Positions 25,774 through 35,986 of a stretch of 38,717 nt of DNA are shown in pieces. Numbering within the stretch: the first letter of the stretch is position 1; each line of letters starts with the position of its first letter. A model generated the notes under the pieces. It made no database searches. It worked only from the letters and a program-made list of their open reading frames with translations, and was not told the origin of the DNA. The translations under genes were made by a program, and so were the position numbers. Source of the stretch: Gemmatimonadales bacterium UBA4720 (lineage in GTDB: Bacteria; Gemmatimonadota; Gemmatimonadetes; Gemmatimonadales; Gemmatimonadaceae); the NCBI GenBank assembly GCA_002404335.1, contig DHJM01000017.1, positions 22,246-60,962 on the forward strand, read 5' to 3'.

Positions 25774-26127
25774 ATGTTGGAAGAAAAGGGGAAGGAGCTG
25801 GGGCGCCTGATCGGGCAGAGTCCCGAATACCAGGCGCTCAAGCGGTCGAGCGAAGCGCTCAACGACGATCGTGACGCGGTCGTGCTCCTTCAGCAGATGG
25901 AGAAGCTGCGCGCTGAAGCGCAGCAGCTGATCCAGCGCGGCGAGAATCCCACGCCGGAAATGGAGCAACAGCTCGACAGCATGCTCGAAAAAATCCAGGC
26001 TCAGCCGGCCTACCAGCGCGCCGTCTCGGCGCAGGAAAACTTCGACAAGCTGATGCTCCGCGTGAATCAGTGGATCATGGACGGCATGAAGAAGGGCGCG
26101 GCGAGCCCGATCATCACACTCGGCTGA
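25774..26127 (+). CDS. YlbF/YmcA (Com_YlbF) family protein
   Basis: AAGGAG RBS; all-helical pattern KELGRLIGQSPEYQALK...ALNDD...QPAYQRAVSAQENFDKLMLRVNQWI. Confidence 0.75.
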   Translation: MLEEKGKELGRLIGQSPEYQALKRSSEALNDDRDAVVLLQQMEKLRAEAQQLIQRGENPTPEMEQQLDSMLEKIQAQPAYQRAVSAQENFDKLMLRVNQWIMDGMKKGAASPIITLG

Positions 26128-26129
26128 GA

Positions 26130-26795
26130 ATGCCGAGCGGAAAGCTCATCGTCTTCGAAGGGGCCGAGGGCGCTGGCAAGAGCACGCAGGTCCGTCTCCT
26201 GGTGGAACGTCTGACGGCTGCGCGCATCCCCTGCGTCTCGCTGCGCGAGCCTGGCGGTACTCCTGCCGGCGACGCCATCAGGGACATCCTCCTGCATCGC
26301 GAGCACGAGATCACTGACGCGGCCGAGGCGCTTCTGTTCATGGCGTCGCGCGCGGAGCTGATCGCGGGCCAAATCCTGCCGTCCCTCTCGGCGGGCAAGG
26401 TGGTTCTGCTCGATCGATTTTTTCTGTCCACTTATGCGTACCAGATCTTTGGTCGCGGACTGCCCGAGCCCGAGATACGCGCCGCCAACCGTCTGGCGAC
26501 GGCCGGCCTCGTTCCGGATCTGACCCTTCTCCTCGACGTGCCAGCCACCGAAGGCCTCGGCCGCGCCGATGCGCGCGGCGCCCGCGACAGGATGGAGAGA
26601 TCCGGCGACGATTTTCACCAGCGCGTCACGAGCGCCTTCCGCCAGTTCGCGGACAAGACGTGGCAGGACTCCCATCGGGAGTGCGGACCAATCAAGTTGA
26701 TAGATGGCACCGGAGACGAGACAACAGTACAAAAGCGGGTCATTTCGGCGCTCGTCACCGCGTTCCCGCAACCTTTTGGCAGCTTGAAGAGTTAA
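26130..26795 (+). CDS. tmk: Thymidylate kinase
   Basis: FEGAEGAGKSTQ, REPGGT, LLDRFFLSTYAYQ, PDLTLLLDV, DRME. Confidence 0.96.
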   Translation: MPSGKLIVFEGAEGAGKSTQVRLLVERLTAARIPCVSLREPGGTPAGDAIRDILLHREHEITDAAEALLFMASRAELIAGQILPSLSAGKVVLLDRFFLSTYAYQIFGRGLPEPEIRAANRLATAGLVPDLTLLLDVPATEGLGRADARGARDRMERSGDDFHQRVTSAFRQFADKTWQDSHRECGPIKLIDGTGDETTVQKRVISALVTAFPQPFGSLKS

Positions 26796-26802
26796 AGGAC
26801 CT

Positions 26803-28437
26803 ATGAAAATGAGACTCCTCAGCGCGTCCGCCCGCGCACGGACGGTGATTGTCGCGGGCACACTGCTCGGCTCTCTCGTGACTGGGGGCTGGCTGCTGCA
26901 GCGTGGCGCTCGCACGGGAACGTTTACCGCCTTCGAGGGAGCGCAGCTTTTCGAGAGCGTTTTCCAGCGCGTGCAGAACGACTATGTCGACAACGTCGGC
27001 GACTCCGCTTTGTACCGCAAGTCGGTGGATGGGATGCTGTTCGAGCTGAATGATCCATACTCGACATTCCTTCCACCCGATCGGTTTGCGCGTCTCAACG
27101 AGACGACGTCGGGCAACTACGCGGGGTTGGGTTTGGAGGTGGATCTGCGGGATGGCTGGCTGATAGTCGTCGCTCCCGTCGCGGGAGGACCCGCGGAGCG
27201 TGCGGGAGTTCAGCCCGGAGATCGAATCATCGACATCGCAGGAAAGCAAACGAAGGGCTGGACGATCGAGGAAGCGGCGAAGGTGTTGCGCGGGAAGCCG
27301 GGCACCTTCGTTACGCTCAGGCTCGAGCGTCCCGGGGTCTCCACACCGATCGAGCTAAGGCTGCAACGCATGACGATCCACCAGAGCGCCGTGCGCAGGG
27401 CATCGATGCTGAATGATGGCGTCGGATACATCGACCTCAAGGCGTTCAGCGATTCCACCGCCAAGGAGCTGAACGGCGCGATAACCACTCTCCTCGCGCG
27501 CGGCATGAAGACGCTCGTGCTCGACATGCGGACGAATCCGGGCGGATTGCTGACCCAGGGCGTGAGGGTGTCGGATCTCTTTCTGGATCCGGGGCAGAAG
27601 ATCGTGAGCATGCGTGGACGCGTGCCCGACGCGAACCGTGAGTATGCGGACACAGCCCAACAGCGGTGGCCCCAGCTTCCGCTACTCGTGCTCGTCGATG
27701 GGCGGAGTGCGAGCGCGGCCGAGATCGTCGCCGGCGCGCTGCAGGACCACGATCGCGCGGTGATCATCGGCACGCCGACCTACGGCAAGGGAAGCGCGCA
27801 GAGCGTGATCTCGTTCGGACCCGAGGGCGGCCTCAAAATCACGACGGCGCGCTGGTTCACGCCGGTCGGCCGTTCCATCACGCGCCGCCTTCCCAGTGAC
27901 GACGAATCGGATGACCAGCTTCCCATGGTCCGCGAGAGATTTCGCACCGACGGCGGCCGTACTGTCTACGGGGGCGGTGGCATTACGCCCGACGTCGTTG
28001 CCGGCGATAGCACGACTCCAGTTATGGAAGGAATCTTCATTCGCGCCATCGGCGCAAACGCCGGTCATTTCAGGGATGCGGTCACGGACTACGCGCTGTT
28101 TCTCAAGGGCACGCGCGGAATCACGACGACCGATTTCGTCGTCACGCCTGCAATGCGCGAAGAGGTGTGGAAGAGGATGAAGGAGCGCGGGATCGACATT
28201 CCGCGCAGCGTCTACGACGAGGCTGAACCGTTCGTCTCGCGCATGATCGGTTTTGATATCGCTCGCTACGTTTTCGGGAGCGACGCCGAGTTCCGGCGAC
28301 GAGCCGCGATAGACAAGCCGCTTCAGAAGGCGTTGGAGCTCGCCCGTGGCGCCAAGTCAGAGCGCGATCTGCTGCGAAAGGCTACGGCAGCGGCTCCCGC
28401 GCCAGACAGCGTGGGCGCAGCTGGAGACAAACAGTGA
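26803..28437 (+). CDS. S41 family C-terminal processing protease with PDZ domain
   Basis: LNDPYS, GLGLEV, LDMRTNPGGLL, SASAAEIVAGALQD, TYGKGSAQ, GGGITPDV. Confidence 0.93.
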   Translation: MKMRLLSASARARTVIVAGTLLGSLVTGGWLLQRGARTGTFTAFEGAQLFESVFQRVQNDYVDNVGDSALYRKSVDGMLFELNDPYSTFLPPDRFARLNETTSGNYAGLGLEVDLRDGWLIVVAPVAGGPAERAGVQPGDRIIDIAGKQTKGWTIEEAAKVLRGKPGTFVTLRLERPGVSTPIELRLQRMTIHQSAVRRASMLNDGVGYIDLKAFSDSTAKELNGAITTLLARGMKTLVLDMRTNPGGLLTQGVRVSDLFLDPGQKIVSMRGRVPDANREYADTAQQRWPQLPLLVLVDGRSASAAEIVAGALQDHDRAVIIGTPTYGKGSAQSVISFGPEGGLKITTARWFTPVGRSITRRLPSDDESDDQLPMVRERFRTDGGRTVYGGGGITPDVVAGDSTTPVMEGIFIRAIGANAGHFRDAVTDYALFLKGTRGITTTDFVVTPAMREEVWKRMKERGIDIPRSVYDEAEPFVSRMIGFDIARYVFGSDAEFRRRAAIDKPLQKALELARGAKSERDLLRKATAAAPAPDSVGAAGDKQ

Positions 28438-29288
28438 CCGAACGGGTCTTCATCATCGGACCTGGCCACGTCGGGCGCGGACTTTTCCGCGCCTTTCGAG
28501 CATCGGGAGTCGACGTCGTCGGGATGCACGGCAAGCGGCCATCGGGTGTGGCGACGTCGACTGGAAACATTCCGACCGATGCGGCGCGCGCGAATGTCGT
28601 GATCGTGTGCGTGCGCGACCCCCAGCTCGACGATGCAATCGAAGAAGTGATTGTCGCGGCGCACGACGGGCGGATCGCCCGTGACAGCGTGATCCTGCAC
28701 ATTTCGGCGATCGCGGAGCCGGCGGGACTAAGCGCGCTGACGGCGGCGGGATTTCCAGGCGGGACATTTCATCCGCTCGTTCCGTTCAGCGACCCGGAGA
28801 TCTCCGCGGAGCTGCTGCGAAGGGGATGGATCGGAATCGATGGTGAAAACGCGGCGAAGAATGCGTCGCGCCGCCTGGCCGGTCATATTGGCGCGCGGGT
28901 GCTCGAGATTCCTCCCGGAAAGAAGCCCGCCTATCACGCGGCGGCAGTCATCTCGTCCAACTTTCCGGTGGTGCTCGCGTCGGTAGCAGGCCATCTGCTA
29001 CACGATATCGGAATTCCGGACGCGAGCGCGTACCAGGCTGTGGAGAGTCTGATGAGCGGAGCGCTCGCGAACATGAAGCAGGCGCTGCCCGATGATGCGC
29101 TGACGGGGCCGATCATGCGCGGGGACACAGAGACGGTAGGGAAGCACCTCCGGGCGGTTCAGGGTCACGGGGCGGCGTCGGAGGTTTACCGGGCGCTCTC
29201 GGCGGCCGCTGTCGAGATTGCGCAGAGGCGCGGCGTGGATGCCAAGAAACTTCTCGCGGTAAGCGGGCTTCTACGGTCGCGGAAGTAA
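28434..29288 (+). CDS. Rossmann-like plus DUF2520 domain protein (PanG-like ketopantoate reductase family)
   Basis: IIGPGHVG, FHPL, YHAAAVISSNF, ALTGPIMRGDTETVGKHL. Confidence 0.88.
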   Translation: MTERVFIIGPGHVGRGLFRAFRASGVDVVGMHGKRPSGVATSTGNIPTDAARANVVIVCVRDPQLDDAIEEVIVAAHDGRIARDSVILHISAIAEPAGLSALTAAGFPGGTFHPLVPFSDPEISAELLRRGWIGIDGENAAKNASRRLAGHIGARVLEIPPGKKPAYHAAAVISSNFPVVLASVAGHLLHDIGIPDASAYQAVESLMSGALANMKQALPDDALTGPIMRGDTETVGKHLRAVQGHGAASEVYRALSAAAVEIAQRRGVDAKKLLAVSGLLRSRK

Positions 29289-29339
29289 GGTGGCTGGGGC
29301 TTTGGTCTTGTGGACGCCTTCGCTGAGCGGAGGCCCGTC

Positions 29340-30005
29340 CTAAAAAACGGCCCCTGCTGTTTGGTCGACCACCTTGGCGCCTTTAGGTACAGCGAATCCA
29401 AAACTCGATCTACTCAGGGCCGGGTTCGCAACGAAGCTCGTGATGACAACGTGCCGCTGGAGTCCGCTGGCGGTCTCGACGTCGAACTGTCTGATGCTCG
29501 AGTCATTGTCGTCGATCCAGACTTTAGCGCTGGTGAACGCAGCATTGGCGCGCTTGGGGACGAGCGTGACGGCGTGCGTCGCTCTGCCTCCGACCGTCGC
29601 GGTGCCGGCGGATGTTACCGTAAATCGTGTGCGCGGCGAATTCAGAAACTGGTCGGCCGGATCAACCGAGCTGGCGTTGGCCCCGGTGTAGGGCATCCGC
29701 ATGACCTGGCCGGGGGCGCTGCTCGGGAGATAAACCCAGAGCGTGGACCCATCGGCCGCCACACGATCGCCGCTCTCGAAGCTGATGCTGAGAAGGTTCG
29801 GTTTCTTCCGAAGAATGACCCCGTTCGTGGTCTGCGAGCTGCCGGTGAGCGGGTTGGTGAGCGTCTGCCGGAACTCGGCGCGCATGCTGTTGAGGCTAGC
29901 GTAGGCAGCAACCGCGCGATCGATGACCGCGTCGGCGTTCTGCGCGCGCGCAGCGAGTGGAACCGCGACGAACGCAATCGCCGCGAGGTACGTGAGCTTT
30001 CTCAT
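29340..30005 (-). CDS. lolA: Outer-membrane lipoprotein carrier LolA
   Basis: Signal peptide MRKLTYLAAIAFVAVPLAARAQ; MRAEFRQ, KKPNLL, VAADGSTLWVY, FGFAVPKGAKVVDQ. Confidence 0.85.
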   Translation of the reverse strand: MRKLTYLAAIAFVAVPLAARAQNADAVIDRAVAAYASLNSMRAEFRQTLTNPLTGSSQTTNGVILRKKPNLLSISFESGDRVAADGSTLWVYLPSSAPGQVMRMPYTGANASSVDPADQFLNSPRTRFTVTSAGTATVGGRATHAVTLVPKRANAAFTSAKVWIDDNDSSIRQFDVETASGLQRHVVITSFVANPALSRSSFGFAVPKGAKVVDQTAGAVF

Positions 30006-30028
30006 AATGAGAGGGTACCCGGCAGAGC

Positions 30029-31069
30029 TTATGCCGTTCCTGTTCTGGCGGGCGGAATGCTGCGCCCGATCGCGGCCGCCACCGCGCGCAGCTCTCGCAC
30101 CAGCTGCGCGAACTGATCCGGATAGAGCGATTGCGCGCCATCCGACAACGCGCGGTCCGGCTCGGGGTGCACTTCGATTATCACTCCGTCCGCTCCGGCG
30201 GCGACAGCTGCGCGCGCCATCGGAATCACCTTGTCGCGCAGCCCGGTGCCATGGCTCGGATCGGCGATGATCGGCAGGTGCGATAGCCGGTGGACGATTG
30301 GAATCGCGGTCAGGTCTAGCATGTTGCGCGCGGCTGGATCGAAGCTCCGCACTCCCCGCTCGCACAGGATCACGTTCTCATTCCCCTCGGCCAGAATGTA
30401 CTCAGCGCTAAGGAGCAGATCGTTGATCGTCGCCGCCATCCCGCGCTTCAGTAACACCGGCTTTTTCAACTTCCCGACTGTCTTGAGCAGCGAATAGTTC
30501 TGCATGTTGCGCGCGCCGATCTGGATGCAATCGGCGACTTCGGCTACCATATGTGCGCCTTCGGAATCCATCGCCTCGGTGACGATCGGGAGTCCCGTCG
30601 CCTGGCGCGCGCGCGCGAGGAGCTCGAGACCTTTCTCGCCGAGCCCCTGGAACGAGTACGGTGAGCTGCGCGGCTTGAACGCGCCGCCTCTGAGAGCTGT
30701 CCCACCGGCCGCTTTAACGATGCGCGCCGCCGCAAGTATCTGCTCCTCGGATTCGACCGAGCAGGGGCCCCCTATCACGACGACGCTGTCGCCGCCGACC
30801 GTGACGCCGGGCGCGAGCTCGACAATCGTGTTCTCCGACCGCCACTCCCGCGAGACCTGCTTGTAGGGCTGCGTGACGTGGATGATCTGCGCGACGCCTG
30901 GCAGCGCTTCGATCCGCGACGCATCGACGCGCCCATCATTTCCAACGAGGCCGACGGCGGTGCGCTGCGCGCCCGGCATCGGTCTGGCCTCGTAGCCCAT
31001 TTCCTTGATAATGCTGACTACGCGATCGACGTCTTTCGCCGTCGCGTCGTGCGCCATGACGACTAACAT
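30029..31069 (-). CDS. aroF: DAHP synthase, type I-beta with N-terminal regulatory domain
   Basis: [52 protein letters not shown]...ALSDG. Confidence 0.95.
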   Translation of the reverse strand: MLVVMAHDATAKDVDRVVSIIKEMGYEARPMPGAQRTAVGLVGNDGRVDASRIEALPGVAQIIHVTQPYKQVSREWRSENTIVELAPGVTVGGDSVVVIGGPCSVESEEQILAAARIVKAAGGTALRGGAFKPRSSPYSFQGLGEKGLELLARARQATGLPIVTEAMDSEGAHMVAEVADCIQIGARNMQNYSLLKTVGKLKKPVLLKRGMAATINDLLLSAEYILAEGNENVILCERGVRSFDPAARNMLDLTAIPIVHRLSHLPIIADPSHGTGLRDKVIPMARAAVAAGADGVIIEVHPEPDRALSDGAQSLYPDQFAQLVRELRAVAAAIGRSIPPARTGTA

Positions 31070-31070
31070 T

Positions 31071-34000
31071 TTACGCTATGACTGAGGCTGTGTCGGCGGC
31101 TTCGGCGGGCTCGTCGTGCAGCTGTGGAGTGTGCGCGGGATGCGCGGGTGAAATTGTCTCGTCGACCGTCTTGCCGCGCATGCGGACGCTCACCAGCGAC
31201 GATACACCGGGTTCCTGCATCGTGACGCCGTACACGGCGTCCGCGGCTTCGGTGGTCGTGCGCGGGTTGTGAGTGATGACGATGAACTGCGTCTTGTTCT
31301 TGAATCGGTTGAGCATGCGTACGAAGTGTCCGATGTTCTGATCGTCGAGCGGGGCGTCCACCTCGTCCAGCAGGCAGAACGGGCTCGGCTTGGTGAGGAA
31401 TATTCCAAAGAGCAGCGACAACGCCACCAGTGCCTTCTCGCCGCTCGAGAGCAGGTGGATTCTCTGCGTGCGCTTGCCGCGCGGAGAAGCGTGGATCTCG
31501 ATGTCGCCCTCGAGCGGCTTTTCCGGGTTTTCCAGGCGCAGATCGCACTCGCCGCCGCCGAACAGCGTCATGAAGATGTTCCGGAAATTCTCGCGCACCT
31601 GGACGAATGTCTGAAGGAAGAGGTCTCGAGCCGTCGTGTCGATCTCGCGGATCGCCTGGTGAAGCGAGCTCTTTGCGGAGTTGAGATCGTCGCGCTGCGT
31701 GGTGAGGAAGCTGAGGCGCTTCGTCTCTTCATCGTGCTCCTCGATCGCGAGCGGATTGACGGGACCGAGAGCATCCAGCTGCTCGCGAACCAGCGCCGCC
31801 TCCGCGCGAAGCGTTTCATCATCCAGCTCCAGCGATTCCGCGCCGGCGAGCAATTCATCGACCGGCTTTTTCCACTCTGCTTCCAGCCGCTCGCGAATCG
31901 CCGCCCGGCGGCCCGAGAGCTCGGTGTAACGCAACTCCGCCGAGTGCAGCTCTTCGCTCAGCGCCGACGAGTGACGCCGCATCTCGACGAGACCATGCTC
32001 GTCGCTCGTGAGGCGCTCGTCCACCTGGCGAACCGAGCGCTCGGCGTCGGCCAGCTTCTGCTCCGCGTCCTCGAGCGTCGCGTGACGCGCGTCGAGGTCG
32101 CTTTGCCAATGGGTGACCTGTTCGGTGAGCTGGGCATCGGCGCTCGAAAGTGTGGTGAGCTCGAGCTGGAGCGATTCGAGGCGACCAGACGCTGATGCGA
32201 ACTCCTCGCTCAGGTGGCGTTCGCGGTCCGACGCCACTTCGAGCTGTGCCTGTGCCTGGGCGCGCCGAATCTGACTGGCGGTACGCTGGTCCCGGGCTTC
32301 GTCCTGCGTGTGCTCGGCGGAGGAGAGCATCTCGCGCGAGGCTGCGACGGCCGCTTCACGCTCTGCGATCCGCGCTTCGATCTCGCGCGCGCTCGTCGCG
32401 ACCGACCCGATTCGCGTGATCGTGGCTGCTACTCGCTCTGTCAGTCTCTCGATCAAACCCCGTGCTTCCGCCGCCTCCCGGGCGGCGCGCTGGTGCTGCC
32501 TTGCGAGCGAGGCAGAGCGATCAGCTGCGTCCGCGTTCTCGCGCGCTGCCTGTGACGCCGCCTCGTGCGCGACGATCGCAGCGCGCTCGGCCGATGCCAG
32601 CGCCGCGCGCTCAGACTCGGCGGCAGCGACGGCGCCGTGGCGGGCGGATGCGCTGTTTGCAACGGCCTGCTTCAGCTCTGTGATCTCAGCGCGGCGGCGG
32701 AGCGGTCCGGGACCGGATTCCGCTGCCGGCAGCCAGATCGCGCCGCGTGAGTCAACGAATGCAGTCCCGCTTTCCATCGAGGTCACGCGCCCGAGCAGCG
32801 AGCGCACCCACCCGCTCGCCGGCAACGTCGACTCGACGAGTGCGGCGAGACCCGATGCGCCGACCGGAATCTCAGGCGGTTCGCCATTCTCGGAATTGAC
32901 GGGCAAGAGCAGCAGCGGACCTGGCGCGGTCGAAGCGTGCCACGCGCGCACGGCCTCGCCTACAATTCTGTCGCGAATGAGAACGGCGTTCACCGTCGGG
33001 CCCAGGAATTTCTCTACGAGCCCGGCCGAGCTCGCGTCGGTGCTCATGAAATCGCTGAGAGGGCCGAGTATCGCGCCTTCGCCGAAAATGCCGCGCTCCT
33101 TGAGCAGGCGCGCCGCGGCGGGGGCCAGGCCGACGCGCTCTCTTTCGAGCCCCTCGAGCGCGTTGAGCTTCGCGCTCAAGGCTGTGTGCAGCTCGTCGGC
33201 GCGCAGCAGCTCCGAGCGCGCCGCGCTCTCGCGCTCGCGCGCCTGGTGCTGCGCATCCCGCGCGTCGTCGGCGATGCCGGTCGTCTCCGCGACGCGGGCG
33301 GCCGCGATCGCGGCCGCGTCTTCCGCTGTTGCGAGATCTCTACGAGCGGTTTCGGTCGCGTCGAAAAGGTGGGTCTGCTCAGTCTCGAACGCCGCTCTCC
33401 TCACGGTGAGCTCGTCACGCTCGCGCTCCGCGCTCTGGTGGTCGAGATCGGCGCGGTGCAGCTCTTCGCGCAGATCGCGGAGCGCCCGCTCGCCCTGCTC
33501 GAGATTGAAGCGCGCCGTGCTGAGACCAGCGCGGACCTCTTCCTCTCGGCGCGCGTGAGCGCCGAGAGCTTCGTCGGCGGTCTGGAGGGCAGCTCCCAGC
33601 TGTGCCAGCTCGGTGGACGCGCGCTCGAGTTCGCCGCTCACGCGACCAGCAATCGCATCGCCTTCGCGGCGCTCCTCTTCGGCGCGCTCGCGACGGGACA
33701 TGGCATTCCGCAATCTCTCTTCCGCAACCGCGATTTCGCCCCGTAGTGCCTGCGTGCTCTCGCGCTGGTCCGAGACCAATCTCGCCAGCTCGGTGCGGCG
33801 CGCTTCACCGCTAGTTCTCTCGCTCAGCGCCGCGTCGCGCGACGCTTCGGCGCTGCGGAGACGCTCCTCTTCCGCGGGGACTTCGGAGCGGAGCAGCGTG
33901 ACGCGTTCCTCGAGGCGCGCCAGCTCACCGCGCCACGCATCCATCTCGCGCGACGCGTGAGCGACCTCGAGCGTGAACCGGCGGGCCGTCAGCTCGGTGT

Positions 34001-34643
34001 AGCGCTCGGCGCGCTTTCGCTGCCGCGATAGAGAGCGAACCTGGCTCTGCACCTCGGCGATCAGATCGTCAATGCGGCCGAGATCCGTCGTGGTCTCCTC
34101 GAGACGTCGTTCGGCACTCCGCTTCCGGTCTCGATACAGCCCTACTCCCGCCGCTTCCTCGAACAGCTCTCTCCGATCGTCGGGCCGGTCGCTCAGCAGC
34201 GCGTCCACCATCCTTGCTTCGATCACGACACCTGAATCGGCGCCCAGCCCGGTGCCGCGGACCATGTCGTGGATATCACGAAGGCGACATGCCGCCCCAT
34301 TCAAAAAATAATCGCTCTCGCCTGACCGGCTCAGGCGCCTGGTGATGACGACTTCGCGGAAAGGAATGTCGAGCGTGCCATCGTCGTTCTCGAAGTGCAG
34401 CGACACTTCCGCGAGGTTGACGGCCCGGCGCGCGGACGATCCCTGGAAAATCACTTCCTCCATCTTGGCGCCGCGAAGAGTCTTCGCGCGCTGCTCGCCG
34501 AGCACCCACCGCACGGCATCGGAGACGTTGGACTTTCCGCAGCCATTCGGGCCGACGATCGCGGTCACGCCCGCCTCGAACACCATCTCGGTGTGATCAG
34601 CGAACGACTTGAATCCGTGAATCTCGAGCTTCGATAAACGCAC
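31071..34643 (-). CDS. smc: Chromosome segregation protein SMC
   Basis: GFKSFAD, Walker [17 protein letters not shown], long coiled coils, LGPVN, signature LSSGEK, Walker [16 protein letters not shown]. Confidence 0.96.
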   Translation of the reverse strand: MRLSKLEIHGFKSFADHTEMVFEAGVTAIVGPNGCGKSNVSDAVRWVLGEQRAKTLRGAKMEEVIFQGSSARRAVNLAEVSLHFENDDGTLDIPFREVVITRRLSRSGESDYFLNGAACRLRDIHDMVRGTGLGADSGVVIEARMVDALLSDRPDDRRELFEEAAGVGLYRDRKRSAERRLEETTTDLGRIDDLIAEVQSQVRSLSRQRKRAERYTELTARRFTLEVAHASREMDAWRGELARLEERVTLLRSEVPAEEERLRSAEASRDAALSERTSGEARRTELARLVSDQRESTQALRGEIAVAEERLRNAMSRRERAEEERREGDAIAGRVSGELERASTELAQLGAALQTADEALGAHARREEEVRAGLSTARFNLEQGERALRDLREELHRADLDHQSAERERDELTVRRAAFETEQTHLFDATETARRDLATAEDAAAIAAARVAETTGIADDARDAQHQARERESAARSELLRADELHTALSAKLNALEGLERERVGLAPAAARLLKERGIFGEGAILGPLSDFMSTDASSAGLVEKFLGPTVNAVLIRDRIVGEAVRAWHASTAPGPLLLLPVNSENGEPPEIPVGASGLAALVESTLPASGWVRSLLGRVTSMESGTAFVDSRGAIWLPAAESGPGPLRRRAEITELKQAVANSASARHGAVAAAESERAALASAERAAIVAHEAASQAARENADAADRSASLARQHQRAAREAAEARGLIERLTERVAATITRIGSVATSAREIEARIAEREAAVAASREMLSSAEHTQDEARDQRTASQIRRAQAQAQLEVASDRERHLSEEFASASGRLESLQLELTTLSSADAQLTEQVTHWQSDLDARHATLEDAEQKLADAERSVRQVDERLTSDEHGLVEMRRHSSALSEELHSAELRYTELSGRRAAIRERLEAEWKKPVDELLAGAESLELDDETLRAEAALVREQLDALGPVNPLAIEEHDEETKRLSFLTTQRDDLNSAKSSLHQAIREIDTTARDLFLQTFVQVRENFRNIFMTLFGGGECDLRLENPEKPLEGDIEIHASPRGKRTQRIHLLSSGEKALVALSLLFGIFLTKPSPFCLLDEVDAPLDDQNIGHFVRMLNRFKNKTQFIVITHNPRTTTEAADAVYGVTMQEPGVSSLVSVRMRGKTVDETISPAHPAHTPQLHDEPAEAADTASVIA

Positions 34644-35986
34644 TAAGGCGCTCTCCCTGTTCGATAAACGAGTACGGGATTCAACCCCGCACCGCGCAGT
34701 GTCCTGACAAGTCCGGCCGACTGATCGGCTCTCGCAAAGGCGCCCGCGTAGATCAGAGCGCCTCCGTCGTCCTGCATCAAAGCGTAGACCGACAGCCCGC
34801 GAGTCGTGTACTTCTCGACAGCCGCGTGAAGTGCATCGACAATGCCGCCCTGACTCGGCACACTGTCGATTACCAGCGCGAGAGGCGTCGTCGTGACGCT
34901 CCCGGCGGAATCCGTGAGGACACCCGATTTCCGCAAAGCGAACAGCAATGAGTCAGCCTGATATTTCCTGGTGTAGGCGCCCGCAGTCACCTTGTACCAT
35001 GTAGATAGCTCCGGGTCAATTGGAACAGGCGACACGGCGGCAGCTGGAAGCGCCGCACCATTTTTCCTGACGAACAAGTTAGCACCTTCGGCCGTGTTTG
35101 CGACTAGCATTTCCACGGTGAATGCCGCTGCCGACGCCGAGTCATTGACATTTGCGGGCGGGGCAACGTGGAGCGTCTCCGGGGCCGGCCGCGGCGGAGG
35201 AGGCGTGGGAGGGGGCACGGGCTTGGCCGCCACAGGTACCAGCGCTGGCAAACGCGCGGACCGTCCAACCCGAGCCAGCATGAGAGCCAGCCCCAGGGAC
35301 GCGATCAGGACAAACACGATGAGGCCGAGCACGGGATAAAACCAACGGTGCTGCTTCCAGGTGGCCGCGCGCGCGGTAATCTTCCAACTGGCCGCGCGCT
35401 CGGCAATCCTGCGCAGCGGAATCTTGAGCGTGGGCGTTGGCGACGTGACGCGCGCGAGTATCAATGCGGACGGCGCGGCCGGGAGATCCGCGTCCTTGAC
35501 CAGCACCGCTCCATCGACCAGGTCGATGAGATCGCCCAGTCCACGTGCATCGCTGGGCGCGACGAGAAGCAGAAGCCCGCCCGCGTCGCCGAAGTCAGCG
35601 GCCAGTTTTGTCCACCTCGCGCTGCGGAGTATTTCCTCGTCGATCAGCGGATCAGTTCCGCTCGGCATGATATAGAGGTTCTCGGTCCCTTCCACCGGGT
35701 AGCCGATCTTGTTGAGCGACACGCCATAGAGAAAGCTGTCGGTGATGCCGTGGGGATCTTCGTCCTTGACGAGAGAGCGCAGTGACGGCATGTCGCCGAC
35801 AAGGTCTCCTACGATGACGCGTCTACGGGTTGCCTCGGCCCGGGCAATGCCGAGAGCGACGTGAGCGCCGGCAACAGAATCGGAGGAGGTTACGACTACG
35901 GCGGAATAACTGCCCAACAGTGATGCGATCTGCCGCCCGGCGTCTTCCCAAGCTACTGGACGTCCGGCGGAGACAGGCCGGTTCAA
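34643..35986 (-). CDS. Bitopic membrane protein: degenerate CpsD/CapB/MinD-like domain, TM, Pro-rich linker, two SPOR-like repeats
   Basis: VVVTSS...VALGIARA...RRVIVGDL...PSL...GITD...ENLYIMPSG; TM VLGLIVFVLIASLGLALML; WYKVTAGAY and IYAGAF SPOR-like motifs. TAG stop overlaps the smc GTG by 1 nt. Confidence 0.7.
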   Translation of the reverse strand: MNRPVSAGRPVAWEDAGRQIASLLGSYSAVVVTSSDSVAGAHVALGIARAEATRRRVIVGDLVGDMPSLRSLVKDEDPHGITDSFLYGVSLNKIGYPVEGTENLYIMPSGTDPLIDEEILRSARWTKLAADFGDAGGLLLLVAPSDARGLGDLIDLVDGAVLVKDADLPAAPSALILARVTSPTPTLKIPLRRIAERAASWKITARAATWKQHRWFYPVLGLIVFVLIASLGLALMLARVGRSARLPALVPVAAKPVPPPTPPPPRPAPETLHVAPPANVNDSASAAAFTVEMLVANTAEGANLFVRKNGAALPAAAVSPVPIDPELSTWYKVTAGAYTRKYQADSLLFALRKSGVLTDSAGSVTTTPLALVIDSVPSQGGIVDALHAAVEKYTTRGLSVYALMQDDGGALIYAGAFARADQSAGLVRTLRGAGLNPVLVYRTGRAP

